Source: Planctomycetota bacterium
GTDB lineage: Bacteria; Planctomycetota; UBA11346
Assembly (NCBI GenBank): GCA_038213805.1
Contig: JBBQSO010000090.1
Location: 1 to 20,125, forward strand
Length of the DNA stretch: 20,125 nt
Direction of reading: 5' to 3'
In this document: piece by piece, positions 1 to 9,768 of the stretch
How the letters are laid out: each line of letters begins with the position of its first letter
How positions within the stretch are numbered: the first letter of the stretch is position 1
Translations under genes and position numbers: made by a program
Notes under the pieces: model-generated
What the model was told of the DNA's origin: nothing
The model's database searches: none
What the model saw: only the letters and a program-made list of their open reading frames with translations

Positions 1-25
1 AGGACGGGTAAGCCGGGGGGGGGAG

Positions 26-74
26 GGTGCGAGGTGCGAGGTGCGAGGTGCGAGGTGCGAGGCGCGAGGTGCGA
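26..74. repeat. Heptamer tandem repeat (GGTGCGA)x7
   Basis: Seven consecutive copies read directly; one copy has T>C (61-67). A reverse-complement copy GCACCTC lies at 191-197. Confidence 0.95.
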
Positions 75-382
75 GGTGGTTACGTGCAGAACGCACAGTC
101 GTCGCCAGCAAAGTGGCGTTCGATGGTCGTATGCCTGGAGCGGAGGATGGAAAGCACGGGAACAGGTGGCTGACATCGCCCGTCACACCCGCACCTCCCG
201 TCACTGTGGCCAAGGCAGGATCAATAAACACTGCGTATGCCCCTGTACTCTCCCCAGCGTCCTCCCGCCACACTCACTGCTTTCGCCCGTGCCTCCCGTC
301 CCTTGCCCCCCCCTTGCTCCCTCGCTCCCCTTCCCCCTCCACGAGTCCTTGCATTCCGCTCTCGCGCCGTGCAATCCCCGCC

Positions 383-1744
383 ATGCCCGCGCCCGCTCCT
401 TCCCTCGTCGAGCCGCCGCGTCGTCGCCTGACCGTACCGGTCGTTGCGTTGCTCGCGGCCCTGGTCGGCGGCTTCGCCTGGGGGGTGGCGATGTATGCCT
501 GGGGCCGCCACCAGGCGCCGCCGGCCGCGCCACCCAGCGGCACGCCGGATCCGGGACTCGCGGCCTTCGCGGCCCTCAACCGCGTCGATGAGGCGCTCGC
601 CGCAGAGGATGCCCCCGGTGCGCGCGCCCTGCTCGCGAAGGTGCGCCCGCCGGCCGGCCAGCTCTTCGTGCAGGCGCTCGCCTTACGCAGCACGGCCCTG
701 GCCGCGCTCGAGGGGCGCCTGACCCGCGCGACCGCGCAGCGCACCGCGGCTGCGCGCCTCGCCAACGCCATCGCGGTGCGCGCCGCGCAACCGCTGGAAC
801 AGATCCTGACCGATCCAGAGCATTCCGAGCGCGTGCTCGCCCTGTCCATGCGCGACGCAGCGCGGCCCGGGCTGGCGATCACTGCAGCGGCGCGCGTGCT
901 GCGCAGCGCTGACGGCGGACGCAGTTTCGCTGCGGTCCTGGACATCTATCCCGATGGCCAGGCCGGCACGGTCGTCCCGCAGCTGCTGCGCCATCCCGTC
1001 GAGGGCGGTCCGGTCCTAGTCTTCGCCCCCACCCGCGAGCGCCTGGGCTGGTGGTCCGACGATGGTGGCGGACGCTTCACTCCGGTGTCGCCACCTCCCG
1101 GACTGGGCGCCGGAGTGCCCGGGCCGGCGGCGCTGGGTGGTGATCGCGCCCTGACCGTGGCGGTGCGCGACGACCAAGGCGGCCGCCCCGGCATCGTCCT
1201 TCAGGTCAGCCGCGACGGCGGGCAGCACTGGCAGCCGGGGGCGCACGCCGAAACCCTGCTCGCCTTGCTCGCAACACGCACCGGCCTGCTCGCGGTGGCG
1301 CGCGGCGGCGGCAAGGTGCTGATCGGCGGCGACGGTGGCAGCGGCCTGCAGGAGGCCACCTCGGACCTGCAGAGCGCCTTCGCCGCGCCGGCGCACGTGC
1401 TGGCCACCGCCAGCGTGGACGAGCGCCTGGCCCTGCTCCTCGACAACGGGACCCTGGTGACGCTCAGCGCCGACGGCCGGCCGCTCGCGGTCGTCCCCAC
1501 CGGGCTGCAGGACCTTACCGGCGCGGTGCTGGCCGGCGCGCATGCCGAGACGCAGCGCTGGTACCTGCTGCACCCGCAGCGTGGCCTGCTGCGCAGCGAC
1601 GACGGTGGCCGCTCGTGGCGGGATGGCCCTGGCCGCCTCGCCAGCATGCGAGGTCACGACCTCGCATGGAGCGACGGGCTGCTGATCGCCAGCGAGGAGT
1701 TGGTGGCGTTCACGGACGCCGGCGACGCCTTCTTCTCGCCGTAG
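383..1744 (+). CDS. Membrane-anchored BNR/Asp-box repeat (beta-propeller, sialidase/Ycf48-like) protein
   Basis: N-terminal hydrophobic helix VPVVALLAALVGGFAWGVAMYAW. Four Asp-box-like motifs: RSADGGRSF, WSDDGGGRF, VSRDGGQHW, RSDDGGRSW. GC3-rich codons from ATG 383; the upstream in-frame part runs through repeats and low-complexity sequence. Confidence 0.75.
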   Translation: MPAPAPSLVEPPRRRLTVPVVALLAALVGGFAWGVAMYAWGRHQAPPAAPPSGTPDPGLAAFAALNRVDEALAAEDAPGARALLAKVRPPAGQLFVQALALRSTALAALEGRLTRATAQRTAAARLANAIAVRAAQPLEQILTDPEHSERVLALSMRDAARPGLAITAAARVLRSADGGRSFAAVLDIYPDGQAGTVVPQLLRHPVEGGPVLVFAPTRERLGWWSDDGGGRFTPVSPPPGLGAGVPGPAALGGDRALTVAVRDDQGGRPGIVLQVSRDGGQHWQPGAHAETLLALLATRTGLLAVARGGGKVLIGGDGGSGLQEATSDLQSAFAAPAHVLATASVDERLALLLDNGTLVTLSADGRPLAVVPTGLQDLTGAVLAGAHAETQRWYLLHPQRGLLRSDDGGRSWRDGPGRLASMRGHDLAWSDGLLIASEELVAFTDAGDAFFSP

Positions 1745-1774
1745 CGCGCGCGGGTCCGCTGCAGCACGCTGCCG

Positions 1775-1803
1775 TTGCACCCTCTCGCTTTCGGGTCTAC
1801 ACT
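1775..1803 (+). promoter_or_regulatory. Putative sigma70 promoter for sthA
   Basis: TTGCAC (1775-1780), 17-nt spacer, TACACT (1798-1803), in the intergenic gap ~120 nt before the sthA ATG. Confidence 0.55.
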
Positions 1804-1921
1804 GCTGCGACGACGACGCTTGCGCATATTCTTCACGCCGCCTTGACCGGCAGTGGTGAGGCTGGCTGAGCGCAACCACCAAGGCGGGCCCCGCGGGCGC
1901 TGCCGACCGCCGAGGAATTCC

Positions 1922-3313
<1,392 letters not shown>

Positions 3314-3318
3314 GCGGC

Positions 3319-3972
3319 GTGGACCTGCCCGACCTGCTGCCGCTGTTCCCGCTGCCCGGGCACGTGCTGCTGCCCGGCCTGGCGGTGCCGTTCCGCATCT
3401 TCGAACCGCGCTACCGCGCACTGGTGCGCGACCTGTTGGCGGTGCGCGCGGAGCGGCGCTGGCTGGCGGTGCCCTGCCTCGCGCCCGGTAGCGATCCGGC
3501 CGCGGACGCGCCGCCCTTCCTGCCACTCGCGGCCGCCGCACTGCTGCGCGAAGCGCGTGGCCTGGAGGGGCTCGGCCACCCCGGCGAGTTCCTGATCGTG
3601 GTCGAGGGCCTGGTGCGCTGCCGGTTGCGCGAGGAGGCGGACCCCACCACGCCCTACCGCTGGGCCCGTCCGCAGGTGCTGCCCGACCTGGCCGTGGCCG
3701 GCGATCTTGACGCGGCGCTGTCCGGCCTGGTCGACCAGGTGGCGCGCCTCGGCCGCCGCCTCGGCGCGGGTGCCGACCAGCTCATGGGCCTGCTCGAAAA
3801 TCGCGACGAACGCTTCGCCGACCGCCTCGGCGCGCTGCTCATTGCCGAACCGGCCGAGCGCCAGGACTTCCTCGCCTGCCTGGACCCGCTGGCCCGCGCG
3901 GCGCGGATCGCCGCCGTGCTCACCACCCTCGAGCGGCGCACCCGGGGCGGGCGTGAACCGTCGGCCAATTGA
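3319..3972 (+). CDS. LON peptidase substrate-binding (N-terminal) domain protein
   Basis: LPLFPLPGHVLLPG...FRIFEPRYRALVRD signature and ERQDFLACLDPLARA helix. No AAA+ or protease domain. GTG start 5 nt after the sthA stop. Confidence 0.88.
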   Translation: MDLPDLLPLFPLPGHVLLPGLAVPFRIFEPRYRALVRDLLAVRAERRWLAVPCLAPGSDPAADAPPFLPLAAAALLREARGLEGLGHPGEFLIVVEGLVRCRLREEADPTTPYRWARPQVLPDLAVAGDLDAALSGLVDQVARLGRRLGAGADQLMGLLENRDERFADRLGALLIAEPAERQDFLACLDPLARAARIAAVLTTLERRTRGGREPSAN

Positions 3973-4062
3973 GCGCAACCCGCGACCGTGCCGCGCTCTG
4001 ACGTCAGGCTGGGGGGAATTCCCGCAACGTCCCACGCGGACGTGCGTCATCCTGTCCTGACC

Positions 4063-6441
4063 ATGCGTGGCACGCTGCCCATCCTCCTGCTCGCCTTGCT
4101 TGCCGTCGGTGCACCCGGCTTGGCCGCGGGCGAGGCCAACGCCAGTGTCATGGCCGCCAGCGCGACGGCCGGGGCGAAGCCCACCCCGGCCCCAGTCCAG
4201 GTGATCGTGATCGCCGCGCCTCTCACCACCCTGGTGCCCTGCCCCGATCCGGTTCCGGCCGGCGGCGGCATGCTGCGCGCGATCATCGAGGTCCCCGCCG
4301 ACGCACCGGCCGATCTCGGGGTCGGCGCCTACATCGCCGACCGCCACGGCCGCTGGTTCCAGCGCGCACGTCCGGGCGTGCTGGGACCGGGACGCCACGT
4401 CCTGGAGTTCGCGCTCGGCGGCGACGCCGCGCTGCTCAGCGAGCCTGCGCCCACCGCCTGGACCCCGGCCGACGCGGCGCTCGCCGCGCAGGCCGGCCTC
4501 TACCTGTGGTCGGCCGGGGCGAGCCGCACCCAGCTGCGCATCAGTGGTTTGGCCATGAGCGCGGCGCCGACGACGGCGCCGCCGCGCAGCGGCCGGCTCA
4601 CCTGCCTGACGCTCGGCGACTACGCGGCCGCAACCGGCAGTGCGCACGCGCGCACCGGCGAACGCTGGGCGCTCAGCGTGCTGCCCGAGCCGTTCCCGGC
4701 CAACCCCTACGATCCCGCCGAGTTCGCCCTCGACGCGGTGTTCACCGCGCCCGATGGCACCGAGCAGCGCGTCCCCGGCTTTGCGCGCGAGCCCATCCTG
4801 CTGCGCGACCGCGGCGACCGCGAGGACGCGGTGCCGGACGGGCCGACTGCCTTCGCGGTGCGCTTCCGTGCGCGTACGCCCGGCACCTGGCACGTCCGCC
4901 TGGAGGCGCGCTGGGGCGCCGGTCGCACGGTCACCAGCCGGCTGCCGGATCTCGCGGTCGCGGGCGCGCCGTGGGACGGCTACGCGCGGGTCGATCACGA
5001 CGATCCGCGTTTCTTCAGCGTCGGCGGCGCCTTTCACTGGCCGATCGGGCTGAACCTGAACTCCGCCTACGACCTGCGCTCGCGCGACCGCCTCGCCACC
5101 AAGCTGACCCCCGACCGCGGCACGCTCGCCTACCTGCCGCGCATGGCGCGCTTCGCCGCCGCCGGCGGCGACCTCGTCGAGATCTGGATGTCGAGCTGGA
5201 ACCTGGCGCTGGAATGGCGCGCCGACTGGCCCGGGTTCGCCGGCATCGGGCGTTACAACCAGGGCAACGCCGAACGCCTCGACCGCATCCTTGATGAGGC
5301 GTGGCGGCTGGGCATGCGCGTCAATCTGGTGATCAACAATCACGGCCAAGCGTCGCCGCAGGCCGACCGCGAGTGGAAGGACAACCCGTTCAATACCGCC
5401 AACGGCGGTCCCCTGACCGACCCCTACGCGGTGTTCACCGATCCGCGCGCATTCGCCTACCAGGAACGCCTGCGCCGCTACCTGGTCGCGCGCTACGCCG
5501 ACCACCCCGCGGTGTTCGGCTGGAAGCTGTGGTCGGAGGTCAACCTCACCGCCGCCGGCGACATGCGTCGCGGTGGCGGCAACATCTCCGACGCCGAGCG
5601 CCGCGAGACCCTGCTGCGCTGGCACGAGGCCGCCGCCGCGCGCTGGCACGCCCTGGACGGCTACGGCCACGGCGTCACCACGCACTGGGCCGGCGACTAC
5701 CGCCGTCCCGACCGCGCCATCGTCGCCCTGCCCGGCATCGATTACGTCTGCATCGACGCCTACCACGGGCAGAACCGTCGACCCGCGGGCGGGATCGATG
5801 GCCTGCTGACCGCGCCCAACACCGGCGACCTCATCGTCAACCTGCTGTGGCAGAGCACCCAGGACTCCAACAACGGTCTGGCGCGCTTCAACAAGCCACT
5901 GGTCGTCACTGAGTACGGCGCCTCGAGCCAGGGCGGACCGCCGCCGCAGATGCTCGCCGAGTCCGCGTCGGGCGACTGGGCCGGGCTGGTCAGCGGCCAC
6001 GGTGCGGCGCCGATGCTGTGGTGGTTCGAGTGGGTCGACCAGGGCGAGCACTGGCAACCCTACCGGGCGATCGCGCGCTTCCTGCAGGGCGAGGACCTGC
6101 GTGGGGCGCAGGCGCACAGCGTGGTGCTGGCGGCGACCAGCGCCCAGGGCGATCTGTGGACGCGCGCCTGGGCGCGGCCGGGACGCATGCTCGGCTACCT
6201 CGCGGACAGCCAGTGGGCGTGCACGGGCGAAGGCGCGGCGCTCCACCCCCAGGCCAGCATCCAGATCGGCACCCAGATCGCCGCCGGTGACTGCCTGGTG
6301 CAGTGGTGGAACGCCGACAGCGGCGAGGTGTTGGCGACGGAGACCATCGCGCACCCCGGCGGCGCGCTGGTCCTGGCTGCGCCAGCGTTCGCGCGGCACC
6401 TCGCGTTCAAGCTCATCCGCAACGTGGTGACGTCGCCCTGA
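4063..6441 (+). CDS. Secreted DUF5060-domain / GH5-like (clan GH-A) glycoside hydrolase
   Basis: Signal peptide MRGTLPILLLALLAVGAPGLAA. DUF5060-like NPYDP...AVFTAPDG...VPGF...VRF...PGTW. TIM-barrel motifs YLVARY...WKLWSEVN (acid/base Glu) and KPLVVTEYG (nucleophile Glu). Confidence 0.75.
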   Translation: MRGTLPILLLALLAVGAPGLAAGEANASVMAASATAGAKPTPAPVQVIVIAAPLTTLVPCPDPVPAGGGMLRAIIEVPADAPADLGVGAYIADRHGRWFQRARPGVLGPGRHVLEFALGGDAALLSEPAPTAWTPADAALAAQAGLYLWSAGASRTQLRISGLAMSAAPTTAPPRSGRLTCLTLGDYAAATGSAHARTGERWALSVLPEPFPANPYDPAEFALDAVFTAPDGTEQRVPGFAREPILLRDRGDREDAVPDGPTAFAVRFRARTPGTWHVRLEARWGAGRTVTSRLPDLAVAGAPWDGYARVDHDDPRFFSVGGAFHWPIGLNLNSAYDLRSRDRLATKLTPDRGTLAYLPRMARFAAAGGDLVEIWMSSWNLALEWRADWPGFAGIGRYNQGNAERLDRILDEAWRLGMRVNLVINNHGQASPQADREWKDNPFNTANGGPLTDPYAVFTDPRAFAYQERLRRYLVARYADHPAVFGWKLWSEVNLTAAGDMRRGGGNISDAERRETLLRWHEAAAARWHALDGYGHGVTTHWAGDYRRPDRAIVALPGIDYVCIDAYHGQNRRPAGGIDGLLTAPNTGDLIVNLLWQSTQDSNNGLARFNKPLVVTEYGASSQGGPPPQMLAESASGDWAGLVSGHGAAPMLWWFEWVDQGEHWQPYRAIARFLQGEDLRGAQAHSVVLAATSAQGDLWTRAWARPGRMLGYLADSQWACTGEGAALHPQASIQIGTQIAAGDCLVQWWNADSGEVLATETIAHPGGALVLAAPAFARHLAFKLIRNVVTSP

Positions 6442-6459
6442 GTGGTCCGCGGAGGCGCG

Positions 6460-6620
6460 AGGGTGGGGAGTGGGGAGTGCGGAGTGCGGAGTGCGGAGTG
6501 CGGAGTGCATAGTGGCCGTCTCCAAGTGGCTGCAGGGGTCTGGCGAGGATGAGTTCCATCCCAAGCAGAATTCAAGGGTAGCGGGTGCCGCGTCCGAGCG
6601 CACTCCGCACCCCACACTCT
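6460..6620. repeat. Heptamer tract (GGAGTGC)x5 plus 2 degenerate copies, with an inverted degenerate tract downstream
   Basis: Perfect copies at 6474-6508. Reverse-oriented GCACTCC GCACCCC ACACTCT at 6600-6620. A 91-nt unique spacer lies between them. Confidence 0.9.
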
Positions 6621-6751
6621 GACCCGCCCCCCGCGCACCACGTACCCTGTCATCCGACAGCAGGTCGCACCATGCACACGACCCGACGATCATCCTTGCC
6701 CGCCCAGCGAACCGGTGGTACCTCCCCTGCGCGCATCCGCGCGGAGGGGCG

Positions 6752-7678
6752 ATGGCTGGCACCGTTGGCGACCGATCTGGGCAGCCGCCCGCGCCCACCT
6801 TCCTGCGCAGTCCACGCCTGACCGTCGAGATCGCCGCCCCGGGCAGCAGCTATGCCGGCTCGCGTTTCGACTGGTCGAGCTTCATCACCCAGGTGACCCT
6901 GGACGGGCGCCACCGCTTCCTCGCCCCCGAGGCGCAGCGCCCGGGCGTCGGCACCGGCGGCAGCGGCCTGTGTTGCGAATTCGACATCCTCGGGCCCGCC
7001 GGCTTCGCCGAGACCGCAGTCGGAGAGACCTTCCCGAAATGGGGGGTCGGCCTGCTCACGCGTCCCGACGAGCGCCCCTACGACTTCTCCAGGACCTACC
7101 CGATCGCGCCCTTCGCACGCGCCATCACGGCCACCGCCACACGTCTGGAATCCATCACCGAAGCTGAGCCGTGCCGCGGCCTGGCGCTGCGCCTCGAGCG
7201 CGCGCTCGAGGTCGCGGACTGCGATCTGCTCAGTGACGTGACCGTGGTCAACACCGGCACGCGCGCCGTGCACACCCGCGAATACTGTCACAACTTCGCC
7301 GCCATCGACGGCCATGCGATCGGCCCCGACTACCGCCTGGAGCTGTCGCAGCCGCTTCGCATCGACCAGCAGGACCCGTGGTTCAGGAGCACCGGCAGCA
7401 TACTGCACCTGCACCGCCCGGTACCAGCGGGCGCGAACGCCTACGTGTGTGGACCGCTGGACCCGGACCCGGACGGCTTCACCTGGCGACTGGTGCACGC
7501 CCCGAGTGGGGTGTCGGTCAGCGAGCAGGTGCTGTCCGCGCCGGGGCCCGCGCTGTGCGCGGTATGGGCCACCGGCCACGTCATCTGTCCGGAGGTGTTC
7601 ATCGATGCCGTGATCGCGCCCGGCGAGCGGCGTTCGTGGCGCCGGCGCTACGCGTTCGCGGTCGGACTCGAGGCCTGA
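6752..7678 (+). CDS. Conserved hypothetical protein, probable galactose-mutarotase-like (aldose epimerase) fold
   Basis: GGAGG RBS before the ATG. YAGSRFDWS motif, VVNTG...YCHNF, and C-terminal VICPEVF...IAPGERRSWRRRY resemble mutarotase-like beta-sandwich proteins. Lies next to a glycoside hydrolase gene. Confidence 0.55.
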   Translation: MAGTVGDRSGQPPAPTFLRSPRLTVEIAAPGSSYAGSRFDWSSFITQVTLDGRHRFLAPEAQRPGVGTGGSGLCCEFDILGPAGFAETAVGETFPKWGVGLLTRPDERPYDFSRTYPIAPFARAITATATRLESITEAEPCRGLALRLERALEVADCDLLSDVTVVNTGTRAVHTREYCHNFAAIDGHAIGPDYRLELSQPLRIDQQDPWFRSTGSILHLHRPVPAGANAYVCGPLDPDPDGFTWRLVHAPSGVSVSEQVLSAPGPALCAVWATGHVICPEVFIDAVIAPGERRSWRRRYAFAVGLEA

Positions 7679-8052
7679 GTTGGGGCCACCGGTAGCGGTG
7701 CATGCGCCTTGGGCGCTGCGATCACCGGTGGGTGGATCTCGAGCGGGTGGAGGTCCGCGAACGGCACGATCGCCGGATGGGCCTCGCGGGCCTGCACATC
7801 GTCGGCGAACGGCTCGATCACCCGCGGCTCGTCGAGCGGCTGGATCTCGCTGGGGTGCAGGATGGCGGGCACCAGGGCCTGGACATCGCCATCATGGATC
7901 ACCGCCGGCTCGATCTGCTCGGGCTCAAGATCGATCTCCTCCGCCGGAATGAGCAGAAAGTCGATGACTTCGGGACGCTTGGCCGCGCGCAGGCGCAGAG
8001 CGATCATATCGGATCCGGCGAAGACTTCGCGGTTGACCTGACGGCCGTTCAT
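7648..8052 (-). CDS. Small Pro/acidic-rich hypothetical protein with degenerate internal repeats
   Basis: Strongly G/C-ending codons in this frame. TATACT lies 7 nt before the ATG. The 3' end overlaps the convergent gene by 31 bp. Confidence 0.6.
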   Translation of the reverse strand: MNGRQVNREVFAGSDMIALRLRAAKRPEVIDFLLIPAEEIDLEPEQIEPAVIHDGDVQALVPAILHPSEIQPLDEPRVIEPFADDVQAREAHPAIVPFADLHPLEIHPPVIAAPKAHAPLPVAPTQASSPTANA

Positions 8053-8059
8053 CGTTGGC

Positions 8060-8065
8060 AGTATA
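8060..8065 (-). promoter_or_regulatory. -10 box of a probable leaderless transcript
   Basis: Minus strand reads TATACT-GCCAACG-ATG, with no Shine-Dalgarno between the box and the start. Confidence 0.45.
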
Positions 8066-8318
8066 AGCCGCAGCGGCTGTCTGCCAGAGCTGCTTGGGTG
8101 GGCCCGGACAGGGGCGGGACCTCGACGGCTGCGGTGCGGGTGGTTCAGGGTGCGTTCCAGGTCGGGAGGTGGTAGCGGTCCAAGGGATGGGCTCCAGGAC
8201 GACCCGGCCGCCGCCGCGACGGTGTGATATCCGCCTCACCGGAGGGTGGGGCTTTACCCCTGGGGTTGCCGGCTCCCCTCGTCACAAACGGCGCCTTCAT
8301 CATGGCAAGGGCAAGAGC

Positions 8319-9725
8319 ATGACGACGGCCTCCGAAAACCTCCGGTTCATCTGCAACTCCTGCGGCTTCCGGGCACGCATCCCCGCCTCCTACAAGGGTA
8401 AGGTCATCCTCTGCCCTGGTTGCCAGGCGATGAAGATCGTCGCGGCCGACGGCAGCGACCCGACCGGCAGCACCGTGGCGGTGCGCCGCGTCGAGACCGC
8501 GACCACCCCGGTCGGGACCTACAGCACCCCGGACGCCTCAGGCAAGATCCGCTTCACCTGCAGCGCGTGCGGCTACCTCGCCAAGCTGGGCATCCACTAT
8601 GCCGGCAAGGCCATCGCCTGCCCCTCCTGCGAGTCCCCCCAGCTCATCCCCCCCCTGGCGCCCACCGCGGTCGCCGCGCCCAAGGCCGAGATCGAACTGG
8701 CCCTGGACCTGAGCGCACCCGAAGCGGCCCCTGCGCCCGTGGCCAGATCCGCTCCAGCAGCGCAGCCCGCGCCCGTCGCCCCCGCCGCAGTCGCGGACGC
8801 TGACTTCTCCTTGGACGAGCCTGAAACCAGGGCCAAGCCCGATCTCGCGGACAAAGCCGCGCTGCGCACCCCTGCCAACGTTCTGCCGACCAGCCGCGCC
8901 GACGAGCCTGCCGCCGTCACCGGACCCGCTCTGGAGGAGTTGATGGAAGCGACCCCCGCCCCCGCCCCCGCGCCGCTCAAGCCGGCGGTCACGCCGATCC
9001 GGCGCGGCAAGCCAGCCGCACCTGCTCCAGCGGCCCCGGTCGCTCAGCCGCCGACTCCCAAGCCCAAGACCGGCGGGGTGGTGCGCCGTGGCGCCAAACC
9101 GGTCGATGCGGACGAGGACGAGGTCGGCGACGAGGACGCCGACGGCACCGACACCCCGCCCGCCAAGCCGAAGGTGTCGGTCAACCCACGCGGCGGGAGC
9201 GGTTCGCTGATCGACCAACTCAAGCAGCCACCCGCACTCTACGTGACCATCATCGCCGCCGTGACCACGGTGCTGATGGTCGCCTTCATGATCCTCTGGC
9301 GGCTCAGCGCCGGTGCCGCCGCGACCGAGCACGAGCGCGCCGACAAATTTTCCGGCGAGTTCGAGACCGCGTCCAAGGCCCACCGCACCGCCGTGCTCGA
9401 ACGCGATGGTCAGGCCAGCGAGTTGCAGCAGACCAATGCCAAGCTCGAGGCGGCCCTGGCCGCCGGCAAGAAGACGGCGGCCGCGCTCGCCACCGCCGAG
9501 TCCGAAAGCCAGGCCGCGAAGGCCGATGCCGATGGCGAGCGCACCCAGCGCAAGGCCGCCGAGGGCAAACTCGATGCCGCCCTGGCCAAGGCCGCCAAGG
9601 CCGAGGTGGATCGCGACGAGACGCTGCGCCAGCTGCTCGAGAAGATGAAGGCGCTCAAAGAGGAGACCGCCATGCGCAAGCAGTTCCAGGATCGCGTCAA
9701 GGAACTGGACGCGAAGACCAAGTAG
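8319..9725 (+). CDS. Double zinc-ribbon / Pro-Ala linker / single TM / coiled-coil protein
   Basis: Two CxxC...CPxC ribbons (FICNSCG...LCPGCQ; FTCSACG...ACPSCE), a long P/A-rich linker, TM LYVTIIAAVTTVLMVAFMILW, and an A/K/E-rich coiled-coil tail. Confidence 0.8.
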   Translation: MTTASENLRFICNSCGFRARIPASYKGKVILCPGCQAMKIVAADGSDPTGSTVAVRRVETATTPVGTYSTPDASGKIRFTCSACGYLAKLGIHYAGKAIACPSCESPQLIPPLAPTAVAAPKAEIELALDLSAPEAAPAPVARSAPAAQPAPVAPAAVADADFSLDEPETRAKPDLADKAALRTPANVLPTSRADEPAAVTGPALEELMEATPAPAPAPLKPAVTPIRRGKPAAPAPAAPVAQPPTPKPKTGGVVRRGAKPVDADEDEVGDEDADGTDTPPAKPKVSVNPRGGSGSLIDQLKQPPALYVTIIAAVTTVLMVAFMILWRLSAGAAATEHERADKFSGEFETASKAHRTAVLERDGQASELQQTNAKLEAALAAGKKTAAALATAESESQAAKADADGERTQRKAAEGKLDAALAKAAKAEVDRDETLRQLLEKMKALKEETAMRKQFQDRVKELDAKTK

Positions 9726-9768
9726 ACGGTCCCCGGCGGGCATCTACGCTCCGCCCCCGGAGAGCTCC

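Noticed and set aside
41..382. N-terminal extension of the 567-aa ORF, and ORF 34..591
   Set aside because: Translates the heptamer repeat and a pyrimidine-rich tract. Protein-like sequence and GC3 bias start at ATG 383.
6722..6750. GC hairpin overlapping the RBS of the mutarotase-like gene
   Set aside because: A single imperfect all-GC stem with no alternative fold found; expected by chance at this GC content.
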